Notes: a model not told the origin generated them from the letters alone. A stretch of DNA of 64,000 nucleotides from Terriglobales bacterium (GCA_050018355.1 JBEKAF010000004.1:8634-72633), one strand, 5' to 3'. Numbered from the stretch's first letter, positions 9,376-18,203 are shown. Translations and numbers: made by a program.

Positions 9376-9406
9376 ACCGATTCATGAAACCAGCTTCCGA
9401 CAACGC

Positions 9407-10855
9407 TTACTTCATGCCAAGATCCGTAAGCACTTTCGGGTTTCCCTCCTGAACCGCCAGCAGGTTGTGGCACGCACTGCAATCGTTGGATATCGTCTGG
9501 CCATCGGCACTGGTATGACTACCGTCATGGCAGCGGAAGCAGCCCGGCGAATCATTGTGCCCAATATTATTCGGGTGAGTGCCCCAGGTCACACGCATGT
9601 CGGGGAAGATGTTGCGCAGGTAGATCGCTGCCACCTCCTTGCCAGATTGCTCCACCACCGTGCGCCGAGTCTGGTAGATCTGCGGGTAATTGGTTTGATA
9701 GAAATTGTTGATCTCGCCAGTGATGCGCTGCTGCGCCACATCGCGGGTGGGATAATTCACCTTGAGAAACTCGACCGCCTTCTTCCTGATGTAGGGAAGC
9801 TCTGGGCTAATGTGCCCGAGCGACATTTGCTTGTCCACTGCGTTTTCGGGCAAGTCGAAGGCATGCGTGGGCCGGTTGTGGCAATCCACGCAATCCATCA
9901 CTCGATGCTCTCCTTTGTCCAATTGTTGTTGGGTTGGCTTCGCATCACTGGAAATGAATTCGGTCGTCTTTCCCTGATCGTCGGTGTAATCCACGACTGG
10001 GATCGTCTGCCGCTCGGCATCGGTCGAAATGTAGCGGATGCGTGCGTTGTCGGCGAGGTGGTGCCCGTGGATGCCGACCGAACCCTGCCACGTTATTCCG
10101 CCCACTTTCAGCAGCAACACGTCCGTCTGGGCTGTGTTTTTTTCGTCGTCCTTGTAGCTGGTGTTCACCAGGAACTTCTCACCGGTAAAGCGCTGCGGCC
10201 AGTGACATTGCTCACAGGTTTCGCGCGCCGGGCGGAGATACTTTACCGGCGAAGGAATGGGGCGCGAATAGGTGTGGAAGGTTACCGCGAAGACCTGTCG
10301 CAGACCGGAAAGCTTCGATCGCACAAACCACCCCGCTCCGGGTCCGATGTGGCACTCGACACAGTCCACACGCGAGTGTGGAGAATTCTGATAGGCCGTA
10401 TACTCGGGGTCCATCACGCGGTGACAAGTCTGCCCGCAGAACTCCGTTGAATCCATGTACTGCACGCCGCGGTACGATGCGGTCCCAACAATGAGCAGAT
10501 TGAGCACGGTCGCCGCGGCCACGTACTCCAGGGTATGCCGCACCACGGGCAGCCCTAGGTCGATGGCGGGGAAAACCGCCGGCAGTTTCCCGCTCCGGGT
10601 CAGACTTCGTCGCCTGAGCCAGATGCCAAGTGGAATCAGTAGCAAGCCGAGTACAAAAATGCCCGGGAGGATCAAGAAGATCAGAAGGCCGATATAAGGA
10701 TGCGGTGGCCCCGGCAAGAAGATTTCATAGAACCAGAAGGCGATGGTAGTGAGCGCCGTGCTCGTCGTGATCACGGCGCCCGTAAGTGTGAGGAAATTCT
10801 GCCCCAGGAAATAGATTGGCTGCAACCGCTCTCGGATGCTTTCTCGCAGAGTCAT
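9407..10855 (-). CDS. membrane-anchored NapC/NirT-related multiheme cytochrome c (ImcH-like architecture)
   Basis: 482 aa. It has about 3 N-terminal TM helices. It has five CXXCH motifs (CVECH, CEQCH, CVDCH, CFRCH, CSACH) and one CX3CH (CGQTCH). Confidence 0.85.
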   Translation of the reverse strand: MTLRESIRERLQPIYFLGQNFLTLTGAVITTSTALTTIAFWFYEIFLPGPPHPYIGLLIFLILPGIFVLGLLLIPLGIWLRRRSLTRSGKLPAVFPAIDLGLPVVRHTLEYVAAATVLNLLIVGTASYRGVQYMDSTEFCGQTCHRVMDPEYTAYQNSPHSRVDCVECHIGPGAGWFVRSKLSGLRQVFAVTFHTYSRPIPSPVKYLRPARETCEQCHWPQRFTGEKFLVNTSYKDDEKNTAQTDVLLLKVGGITWQGSVGIHGHHLADNARIRYISTDAERQTIPVVDYTDDQGKTTEFISSDAKPTQQQLDKGEHRVMDCVDCHNRPTHAFDLPENAVDKQMSLGHISPELPYIRKKAVEFLKVNYPTRDVAQQRITGEINNFYQTNYPQIYQTRRTVVEQSGKEVAAIYLRNIFPDMRVTWGTHPNNIGHNDSPGCFRCHDGSHTSADGQTISNDCSACHNLLAVQEGNPKVLTDLGMK

Positions 10856-10975
10856 TTGAAACCGCTAGTCTCCTTATCTTCAATGCGCAGCCGCGTAGAC
10901 ACACTCCACCCTTGCCGCGGATCATCCGCCGCGCTGGACAATCTCCCTAATCTTGATGGCAAGAACCGGCCAGGA

Positions 10976-11302
10976 CTATTTTTTCAGAGTGCGGATGTAA
11001 GCTACCAGTCCCTTAACGTCTTCCGGCTTCAACTTATCAGCATACTTGGGCATCTTGTTCTTGCCGTTCGTGATGATTCCTGTGAGATCCGCGTCCGACA
11101 TTTTCTGCACTTCGGCAGTCGTGAAATCGTGGGCGCCCATTGTCTTCCCCATCTTCGAACCGGTTCCGTCAGCGCCATGGCAGCCGGCACATTTTGATTT
11201 GAACGTCTCGGCTGCGCCTTGCGCATGCGCCGATAGGGGAAGGCTGAAAACAACAGCCAATGCTGTTGCGAAAGCAAACACTTTGATGTCCATTCTCTTC
11301 AT
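10976..11302 (-). CDS. class I monoheme cytochrome c
   Basis: Start set at ATG 11302 (MKRMDIKVFAFATALAVVFSLPLSAHA signal peptide). Single CAGCH motif and a distal Met (NKMPKY). The longer track ORF (to 11536) has a non-protein-like N-terminus. Confidence 0.85.
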   Translation of the reverse strand: MKRMDIKVFAFATALAVVFSLPLSAHAQGAAETFKSKCAGCHGADGTGSKMGKTMGAHDFTTAEVQKMSDADLTGIITNGKNKMPKYADKLKPEDVKGLVAYIRTLKK

Positions 11303-11395
11303 CTTCAAGCTCCATTCGAGTTTTTCGTTAACCCAACATCGCAAGGAGAATACACCTGCAAACTGCAATATTGAAGCCTGTGACGCCGGAGGTTC

Positions 11396-11411
11396 TGTGA
11401 TCCCCGTCACA
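11396..11411. promoter_or_regulatory. perfect CRP-consensus palindrome TGTGA-N6-TCACA upstream of the cytochrome operon
   Basis: tgtgaTCCCCGtcaca. The centre is about 101 nt upstream of the cytochrome c ATG. A -10-like CAATAT (minus strand, 11373-11368) lies 23-28 nt downstream of the box, which is class II (-41.5) geometry. Confidence 0.5.
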
Positions 11412-11544
11412 CGTGCTTGTAATCGCAATGTTTTTCGGAAGACTAGAGAACAGAATAGATACGCGTCAATCAGCTTTTCAGGTTGGCCTTCATCGTGACG
11501 ATCAGTGGCTGGAGCCGCCTTCGGCGCCCAATCCATGCGATCCG

Positions 11545-13350
11545 TTAAGCGCCTGCTCCCTCAAAATGCGCTTCGATTTCTTCTAAAGTTTTTCCTTTCG
11601 TTTCCGGCAGAAACACCGCGGCAATGATGAAGTAAATTACGGTGCAGCCGGCAAAGCCAAAAAACATGGTCGCGTAACCATGCTTGCCGACGGTGGGCAG
11701 GAACATGGCGGCAATGGTCGTCGAAACTGCCTGGTTGATCAACAGGGCAATGCTCATGCCGTTGGAGCGAATCCGGGTCGGCATCAACTCCGAAAGCGCC
11801 AGCCACACGCATACTCCGGGACCGATCGCGAAAAACGCCATGAAAACGAAGAGGCTGATCGCCACCAGCCAACCATTGTGAGCGGTCGGCACTGGAGTAA
11901 CCAGCGCATTGTCAATTTTTAGCGAAGCCTTGCGCGATGCATCGAGATTGCTGAACGGATTCGAGAAAAACGCGACTACTTTATTGGCGGGCACGCAGCT
12001 TTCGCGCGTGATCTCGATGGGTTTAGCGGACTTGTCGTCAGAACGAGCGACCTTGGTCGCGGCGCGGAAATCTCCATACGAATAGATGACGACCAGAGAT
12101 GTGGGCCGGTGGGCGATCGCCTTGCCGGCGTCTCCGCTCGCAGCGAGGAGCGCATCCGCAGCCTTCTCGTTGTAAAGCAACGTGACCTTCTGGTCGGCGT
12201 CGACCATGGACTGAACCGCGTCCCGAGAATCCACGCGCAGCCTTTCCGTCCGACGGAACAGCACGCCAGTGCAGAGGAGCGACACAATGATGCCCGCGCT
12301 GCCCACCGACAGCAGAAACTTGCGTCCATTGCGGTCCACCAGCAGGACGCCGCCAATGGTCATCAGGAAATTCACGATCGTGAAAAGAACGTAGCCCCAG
12401 TGAGCCTGGACATCGGAAAGACCACTCTGCAAAAGAATGTTGGTGTTGTAACCAATGATGGAGTTGACTCCGGTGGCCTGGTTGCAAGCGAGAATGACAC
12501 AGGCCAGCACAAACGGGATCACGTATTTGCGGCGCAAAAGCGATCCTTGTGCGTTCACCCCTTGAACGTTCACCCCGGGGACATGCGCCCCGGTTGAGGT
12601 TTTGGCTTTTTCAGCGGCGGCAGCTTGTTCCATTTCCGCCAGCTCGACGTCCGCTTGCTGGTTGGTGCGCGAGCGGAGAAGCGCGGTGTAGGCGGCATCT
12701 CTTTTCCCGCGGCGAAACAGCCAGCGCGGGGACTCCGAAACCATAAGGCTGCCGATCACGAACAAAATGCCGGGTGGCAGCGAAACCCAGAAAATGCTGC
12801 GCCAAGCCGTGTCTTTGAAGGCGAAGAGTCTCGCGGGATCGCCCAGCTTCGCCACCTCTTCGACGCGAATACTGAAGAACATGCCAACAATGGCCGCCGT
12901 CACGATACCGAGTGTCAGCAGCCATTGGAAGATGCCCGTCCCCTTGCCACGGTTCGATGCCGCCAGACACTCCGCCAAATACAGCGGGACAACTACGCCG
13001 ATCAGGCCAGCGCTGATGCCCTGCAAGAGGCGGCCAAGAACCAACGACTCATAGCCATGCGAGAGCGCAATGATGGGAATGCTGAAGACAAACAACAATC
13101 CGCTGAGCATCATCAGCGGCTTGCGCCCGATCCAGTCGGCCAGCGCCCCAGCAAACAGGGTTGAGATCACGCTCCCGAGGAGCACGGCAGCGACAACGAT
13201 GGAAAGCTGGCCCGCATTCAACCCGGAGGTGGCCTCCAGATAAGGCAAAGCCCCCGCAATGATGCCGACATCCACGCCGTACAGCAATCCGCCAAGTCCT
13301 GCTACCAGCAGCAGGAAGCGGTTGTAGCCAGCTTTATCGTTTTGTGCCAC
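11545..13350 (-). CDS. MFS transporter, sugar porter family, with an inserted ~125-aa non-membrane domain
   Basis: Sugar-porter signatures GRKPLMMLSG, PESPRWL, GPGVCVWLALSELMPTRIRSNG, PETKGKTLEEIE. Start proposed at GTG 13350 (AAAGGA 9 nt upstream), because the ORF portion from 13351 to 13485 runs through an intergenic repeat copy. Confidence 0.8.
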   Translation of the reverse strand: MAQNDKAGYNRFLLLVAGLGGLLYGVDVGIIAGALPYLEATSGLNAGQLSIVVAAVLLGSVISTLFAGALADWIGRKPLMMLSGLLFVFSIPIIALSHGYESLVLGRLLQGISAGLIGVVVPLYLAECLAASNRGKGTGIFQWLLTLGIVTAAIVGMFFSIRVEEVAKLGDPARLFAFKDTAWRSIFWVSLPPGILFVIGSLMVSESPRWLFRRGKRDAAYTALLRSRTNQQADVELAEMEQAAAAEKAKTSTGAHVPGVNVQGVNAQGSLLRRKYVIPFVLACVILACNQATGVNSIIGYNTNILLQSGLSDVQAHWGYVLFTIVNFLMTIGGVLLVDRNGRKFLLSVGSAGIIVSLLCTGVLFRRTERLRVDSRDAVQSMVDADQKVTLLYNEKAADALLAASGDAGKAIAHRPTSLVVIYSYGDFRAATKVARSDDKSAKPIEITRESCVPANKVVAFFSNPFSNLDASRKASLKIDNALVTPVPTAHNGWLVAISLFVFMAFFAIGPGVCVWLALSELMPTRIRSNGMSIALLINQAVSTTIAAMFLPTVGKHGYATMFFGFAGCTVIYFIIAAVFLPETKGKTLEEIEAHFEGAGA

Positions 13351-13404
13351 AGTGGCAGTCCTTTCGCCTTTAAGGAACCTCTGATTAAGTTTGGCTCTCG
13401 GACA

Positions 13405-13475
13405 GCTTTGAAGGGGCATGGCTTCAGCCATGCCGTTAGAACCCGCCACGCAAGCGGCTTTAGCCGCCGAGGGCC
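13405..13475. repeat. dual-hairpin intergenic repeat, copy B
   Basis: GGCATGGCttcaGCCATGCC (13415-13434) followed by GCGGCTttAGCCGC (13454-13467). Confidence 0.7.
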
Positions 13476-13518
13476 GCATATTCATAGCATCGCGCGCCCT
13501 CTTGGCTCGGTGAGAGTT

Positions 13519-13821
13519 CTATGCGTGTGCTCGTTCGAGATGTTTCAGGGTCGGCAACCCCCTAATGGATTTCCCAGCCTTCTTCTGCGCGACGCGTAAC
13601 TCAAAGAGACTTTGCAGGTTCAGCCAGAATTCGGCCGTCGTACCGAAAAAGTGGGCGAGGCGCAGGGCTGTGTCGCCAGTGATGGCGCGCCTTCCATTTA
13701 GTATCTCGGTCACGCGGTTGGTCGGAACATTGAGCTGCCGCGCAAGCTCCGCGGCGCTTATGCCCAGTTCCTTCAATTCTTCGGCCAGATGTTCGCCAGG
13801 GTGAATAGCGGTAAGTGCCAT
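13519..13821 (-). CDS. higA: HigA-family antitoxin (XRE-type HTH)
   Basis: MALTAIHPGEHLAEELKELGISAAELARQLNVPTNRVTEILNGRRAITGDTALRLAHFFGTTAEFWLNLQ is the typical HigA/VapI sequence. Start set at ATG 13821. Confidence 0.85.
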   Translation of the reverse strand: MALTAIHPGEHLAEELKELGISAAELARQLNVPTNRVTEILNGRRAITGDTALRLAHFFGTTAEFWLNLQSLFELRVAQKKAGKSIRGLPTLKHLERAHA

Positions 13822-13831
13822 GATGTTTCTC

Positions 13832-14116
13832 CTAATGGTAATCAACAATCTCCACGTTCGATGGGCCGGGCGTTTCTTCGGGCCATGCAAAGCAAATCCG
13901 CCACTGGTCATTGATGCGGAGGCCGTATTGGCCCTTTCGATCCCCTCTCAGCGCTTCAAGACGGTTGCCGGGTAATACGCCGAGGTCTTTAAGCACGACG
14001 GCCGCCTCTAATCGGTCCAGCTTCAGACGGGCGGCACGTTCGATCCCAGAGAACGCCTTTACCCGTTTACCGGCGGCGAAGTCCCTGGTCCGCTTGTCGC
14101 GGCAGCTGACGATCAT
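13832..14116 (-). CDS. higB: HigB-family toxin (RelE/ParE superfamily, plasmid maintenance system killer)
   Basis: 94 aa. It contains FAAGKRVKAFSGIERAARLKLDRLEAA...LEALRGDRKGQYGLRINDQWRICF. The toxin-first gene order is typical of hig loci. Confidence 0.85.
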   Translation of the reverse strand: MIVSCRDKRTRDFAAGKRVKAFSGIERAARLKLDRLEAAVVLKDLGVLPGNRLEALRGDRKGQYGLRINDQWRICFAWPEETPGPSNVEIVDYH

Positions 14117-14225
14117 GATTCAGCGTAGCTATGGTTACGCGTTACGTCAAGCGTACTATTTCGGGAAGCTCGACAACTTAGATCGCAGCTTGAGTGGCAG
14201 AAGCGATCAGGGCAGAGCTGGGCCC

Positions 14226-14948
14226 CTATGCATCTGCTTCGGGCAATCGCCGCAGCGGCTCAATCTCAATGATGTGCAGGCCGCACTCAGTTTTGCTCGA
14301 GCCAGGCCAGCGCCCCGCTCTGGCATCTTGGCCCGGCCGGACGGCCCGCGTGCAATGCGTGCAACCGATGCTGGGATAGTTCTGATCATGGAGTGCGTTG
14401 TAAGGCACGCCGTGTTCGCGGAGGTAGCGCCAAACTTGTTTCGAAGTCCAGTCGGCGATCGGATTCACCTTCACTAACCCGAATTTAATGTCCCACTCGA
14501 CTTTGCCGGCGCCCTTACGGAATGAGGTCTGGTCGCGGCGAATGCTGGTAATCCACGCACCCAGTTCGCTCAGCTTGCGGCGGAGCGGCTCAACCTTCCG
14601 CAGGTTGCAGCATTGGTCGGGATCGCGGGCCCAAAGCGCGGCACCGTGAACCTGCTCCTGCTCCTCGGGCGAGAGCAGCGAAAAAACTCTCTCAATTTTG
14701 ATTTCATATTTTTGCTCGATCCGGTCGATCAGGCTGTAGGTCTCAGGAAACAGGAATTCCGTATCAATCGTGAAGACGCGAAAATCCTCGCGCACCCGCG
14801 AAGCCATGTCAATCAGCACCATGCCCTCGGCCCCAAACGCCGACGAGATAGCCACCTCATTGCCGAATGTCTCAAACGCCCAGGCCAGCACCTGCTGCGG
14901 ACTCCAACTCTCTGCGGTCAACTGCACTTCTGCGATCTTGTCTTTCAC
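14226..14948 (-). CDS. cysH: adenylyl-/phosphoadenylyl-sulfate reductase (thioredoxin-dependent); the CC...CXXC cluster motif suggests APS reductase
   Basis: 240 aa. PAPS_reduct fold, DQCCNLRKVEPL and GCTHCT Fe-S ligands, C-terminal ECGLH. Confidence 0.9.
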   Translation of the reverse strand: MKDKIAEVQLTAESWSPQQVLAWAFETFGNEVAISSAFGAEGMVLIDMASRVREDFRVFTIDTEFLFPETYSLIDRIEQKYEIKIERVFSLLSPEEQEQVHGAALWARDPDQCCNLRKVEPLRRKLSELGAWITSIRRDQTSFRKGAGKVEWDIKFGLVKVNPIADWTSKQVWRYLREHGVPYNALHDQNYPSIGCTHCTRAVRPGQDARAGRWPGSSKTECGLHIIEIEPLRRLPEADA

Positions 14949-15817
14949 GCAATTGGCTCCTCATCTGCTCCCAGGCGCGGCGCCTGCGAGTGGAATGTTT
15001 TGAAAAGTGCCACCGGAAGCAGACTGTCCTTCCCCGGCGACAGGTCCGGCATCACAAATCTCTCGGCGATAGCGGCGGGATCGGCCAAACCCACGACCTC
15101 ACCGACCACCAGCAGCGTTGGCGAGGCGAGTTGCGGCGCGCGATGCAGATCCAGCACCGTCGTGCGATGGGTTCGCTGATACTTGGTGGTGGCGCGCGAA
15201 ATGACAGCGCACGGTGTCTCGCCGGCCAACCCGGCCGCGGTCAGCCTCCTCGCGATTTCCGGGTAGTTTTGTCCCGGCATATAAATCACAAGCGTCGCTC
15301 CACTCGCGACAAACTTGCTCCAATCCGAAGAATCTTTTTCGGAAGCGCCTTTTCCGGAAGTGTGATGTTCGGAAGCTCGATGGGCGGTAATGAGCACCAG
15401 CGCCGCGGACGCTCGACGATGGGTCAGCGGAATCTGGGCGGCAGCGGCCGCACCCAGGGCCGAGGTCACGCCGGGAACGATCTCGAAAGGAGTGTTGCTT
15501 CTGCGCAGGGATTCGATCTCTTCCCCGGCGCGTCCGAAAATCAGCGGATCGCCACCCTTGAGCCGGACAACGCGCAGTCCCGAAGCCGCCAACGCGACCA
15601 TCAGACAATTGATCTCGCCTTGCAGGATTTTCTTTTTTCCGCAGCGCTTGCCCACGTTGTGAATCTGGGCGGTTGACGGAATCAGCTTCAGTATCTCGGG
15701 CGCAACCAGTTCGTCGTGCAAAACGGCTTCGGCGCTTCGCAGCAGGCGAAGAGCCTTCAATGTCAGCAACTCCGGGTCACCCGGCCCTGCGCCTACCAGA
15801 TAAACCTTCCCCTTCAT
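14945..15817 (-). CDS. cobA: uroporphyrinogen-III C-methyltransferase
   Basis: The N-terminus KGKVYLVGAGPGDPELLTLKALRLLRSAEAVLHDELV is the SUMT signature. The stop overlaps the cysH start (ATGA). Confidence 0.9.
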   Translation of the reverse strand: MKGKVYLVGAGPGDPELLTLKALRLLRSAEAVLHDELVAPEILKLIPSTAQIHNVGKRCGKKKILQGEINCLMVALAASGLRVVRLKGGDPLIFGRAGEEIESLRRSNTPFEIVPGVTSALGAAAAAQIPLTHRRASAALVLITAHRASEHHTSGKGASEKDSSDWSKFVASGATLVIYMPGQNYPEIARRLTAAGLAGETPCAVISRATTKYQRTHRTTVLDLHRAPQLASPTLLVVGEVVGLADPAAIAERFVMPDLSPGKDSLLPVALFKTFHSQAPRLGADEEPIA

Positions 15818-15836
15818 GCTCCCTCGCTTTTCGTGC

Positions 15837-16448
15837 TCAACTTTTCGTGTTCAATTCTGGGATTTTGGCCAGCTCCGCTTCGAACGCTTCCCTGCTCGCC
15901 AGTGAGTGCAGTAACTCCCACTTGTTCTCTTTATCGAGATCGCTGGCCAGAATGAGTCGTCTTGTCTCGCCGAGCTGCTCGACCCACGCCGAGTATCCGG
16001 GACCGAACTGCCGTTCCAGTTGCTGCCGAATTTTCTGCGCCAGCGATGGACTCTGCCCGGCGGTTGAAATCGCGATCTGCAGGTCGCCGCGCCGCACCAC
16101 CGCGGGGTAAAAGAAGTCGCAATACTCCGGAACATCCACCACGTTGCACAGCACTCCGCGCTGCTGCGCCTCGTAATAAATGAGTTTGTTCAGGCTCTCT
16201 GAAGCCGTGGCCACGACCGCCAGAAACTTGCCGTCGAGGTCACTCTCAGAGAAGGTGCGCAGTTCCAGTTCGATCTTCCCTGCGTCAGCCCATTCACGGA
16301 CCTGGCTGCTAGCCTCAATCGCAACCACGTGGATGCGCGCGCCCGTATCGATAAGCCCGCCGATCTTGGGCTCGCCGACTTTCCCCGCGCCGACGACCAG
16401 GCACTGCTTCCCTGTCAGCTTCATAAACATTGGGAACAGACTAGTCAC
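15837..16448 (-). CDS. precorrin-2 dehydrogenase / sirohydrochlorin ferrochelatase (siroheme synthase N-terminal-type)
   Basis: 203 aa. Rossmann motif CLVVGAGKVG. Sits between the sulfite reductase and SUMT genes. Confidence 0.8.
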   Translation of the reverse strand: MTSLFPMFMKLTGKQCLVVGAGKVGEPKIGGLIDTGARIHVVAIEASSQVREWADAGKIELELRTFSESDLDGKFLAVVATASESLNKLIYYEAQQRGVLCNVVDVPEYCDFFYPAVVRRGDLQIAISTAGQSPSLAQKIRQQLERQFGPGYSAWVEQLGETRRLILASDLDKENKWELLHSLASREAFEAELAKIPELNTKS

Positions 16449-18171
16449 CGTCTCCTCCCGCTAATTGCACTAACTCTCCAGTTCCTCTGGCAGTTACCGG
16501 CGGCAGGTCGCGGGTGACGGCATCCACCGGTTCGCCAGCTAGAAATTCCCGCAACTCCGTGTCGGTGTGCCGGGCAAAGAACTGACGCAAGTTTTCGCCT
16601 GCCTGACGCGTGGTGAGATACTGCCGGAGCAATCTCTCGATCGCATCTGGAACCTCAGTCGCGGGGCAGCGATATCCCACCGGCCGCGCGGTCGCCTGAT
16701 GCAGACCGAGCGCTCCGCCGAGGCAGAAGTAATAGGCATCGAGGAGACGGCCATCGACTTTCATTTTCTTGCCATCAATGCCAATGTCGGCAATCCAGTG
16801 CTGTCCGCAACTGTTCGGGCATCCCGTAACGTGCAGTTTCAGGTGCTGATCAAAGCCGGGCAGACGTTCTTCCAGTTCTTCCACCAGCCAGCGGGAAAAG
16901 CTCTTCGTCTCCGTGATCGCGAGCTTGCAGAATTCCGTGCCGCTGCACGCGACGGTGCCGCGCCAGAAAGGCGAGCCGCTAACCCGCAATCCAATCGCAT
17001 CCAATTCCTTGGCCAGACTTTCAGCGTTAACCCGGGGAACGTTCACGATGAGCAGGTTCTGCATGTTGGTCGTGCGTAATTCGCCGGCCGCGAAGCGATC
17101 GGCCAGATCGGCGGCGGCGTGCATTTGCTCGGCGGTAATTCGCCCGCGGAGCACCGCCGCTCCCACATAGCAATAGCCCGGTTGTTTTTGCGGGTGAATT
17201 CCCACGTGGTCGCGATAGACGTCCGCAGGCGGCGATTCCTCGACCACTGGATCGAATTGAAAGCCAATCCGCCGCTGCAGTTCCGCCAGAAAGCTCTCCG
17301 CCGTCCATCCATGCCGCAAGAAGAGAAATTTCAGCCGCGCCCGCTCGCGATGTTCCCGCAACACATCCGAGTCGCGAAACAATTCGGCAATTCCCTTAAT
17401 GGCGGGCAGCACCTGATGCCAACGGACAAACGCGTTCAATCGCGCCCCCAGGTAGGGTTCGGTTGAGAGCCCTCCCGCAACCCGCAGAGAGAAACCCACC
17501 TCAGGCGCCCCGCGCAGCACGCGAGTCGTCGCGGTCAACCCCACATCATTGATCTCCGGATAGGGGCACCACACGCGGCATCCCGTGATCGAGATCTTGA
17601 ATTTGCGTGGAAGGTTGTAGAAGTCGCCGTTCCCCGCCAGCATTCGCGACGCTGCGAGCGCTAAAGGCGAAGCATCGCAAATCTCGTCCGCGTCCACTCC
17701 CGCGACCGGGCAGCCGGTGACATTTCGCGTGACATCGCCGCAGGCACTGGTCGTGTTCAATCCCACTTGCGCGAGCGCTTCGAGCAGTTCTGGAAGCGCC
17801 TCGATCGTGACCCAGTGCAACTGAATGTTTTGGCGCACGGTGATGTCGGCAATTCCGTGAGCGTAGCGGCGGGTGAGGTCGGCGATGGTTCGCAGTTGTT
17901 CGGAGCGCAGCAGACCGTTGGGGATCCGGATTCTCACCATGAAGCATTGCAGCGCCCGGCCTTCCCCGCCCTGGCCGCCGGTTACGCCTGCCCCATCACC
18001 CTGGGTGTACACGCCCCACCAGCGAAAATAGGTTCCCAGCCACTCCGGCGGAATGGACTCGAACCCCTCGCGCGCAAAGCGTCGAATTTCTTCCAGACCT
18101 TCCCATGGATTCTTGGAGCGCTTGAGGCGCTCGACTCTCTGTGCCTTGGTTTCTGTCGCTGTGTTTGTCAT
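16441..18171 (-). CDS. sir: ferredoxin-type sulfite (nitrite/sulfite) reductase hemoprotein
   Basis: 576 aa. Two NIR_SIR ferredoxin-like halves, siroheme/4Fe-4S Cys cluster (TGCPNSCGQHWIADIG; VACSGTEFCKLA). Heads an operon with siroheme and cysH genes. Confidence 0.9.
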   Translation of the reverse strand: MTNTATETKAQRVERLKRSKNPWEGLEEIRRFAREGFESIPPEWLGTYFRWWGVYTQGDGAGVTGGQGGEGRALQCFMVRIRIPNGLLRSEQLRTIADLTRRYAHGIADITVRQNIQLHWVTIEALPELLEALAQVGLNTTSACGDVTRNVTGCPVAGVDADEICDASPLALAASRMLAGNGDFYNLPRKFKISITGCRVWCPYPEINDVGLTATTRVLRGAPEVGFSLRVAGGLSTEPYLGARLNAFVRWHQVLPAIKGIAELFRDSDVLREHRERARLKFLFLRHGWTAESFLAELQRRIGFQFDPVVEESPPADVYRDHVGIHPQKQPGYCYVGAAVLRGRITAEQMHAAADLADRFAAGELRTTNMQNLLIVNVPRVNAESLAKELDAIGLRVSGSPFWRGTVACSGTEFCKLAITETKSFSRWLVEELEERLPGFDQHLKLHVTGCPNSCGQHWIADIGIDGKKMKVDGRLLDAYYFCLGGALGLHQATARPVGYRCPATEVPDAIERLLRQYLTTRQAGENLRQFFARHTDTELREFLAGEPVDAVTRDLPPVTARGTGELVQLAGGDGD

Positions 18172-18203
18172 AGACTGTTTCGCCCCAGACTGTTTGTCCC
18201 AGA

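Noticed and set aside
13351-13485. Longer N-terminus of the MFS transporter (start 13485). The same issue applies to the long N-terminal extensions of FTCD (44668..44970), cytochrome c (11303..11536), cytochrome b (7195..7311), HigA (13822..13911) and LspA (50183..50251).
   Set aside because: The extensions run through an intergenic repeat or an upstream gene, or they precede the conserved family N-terminus or signal peptide. Internal starts with better context were chosen.
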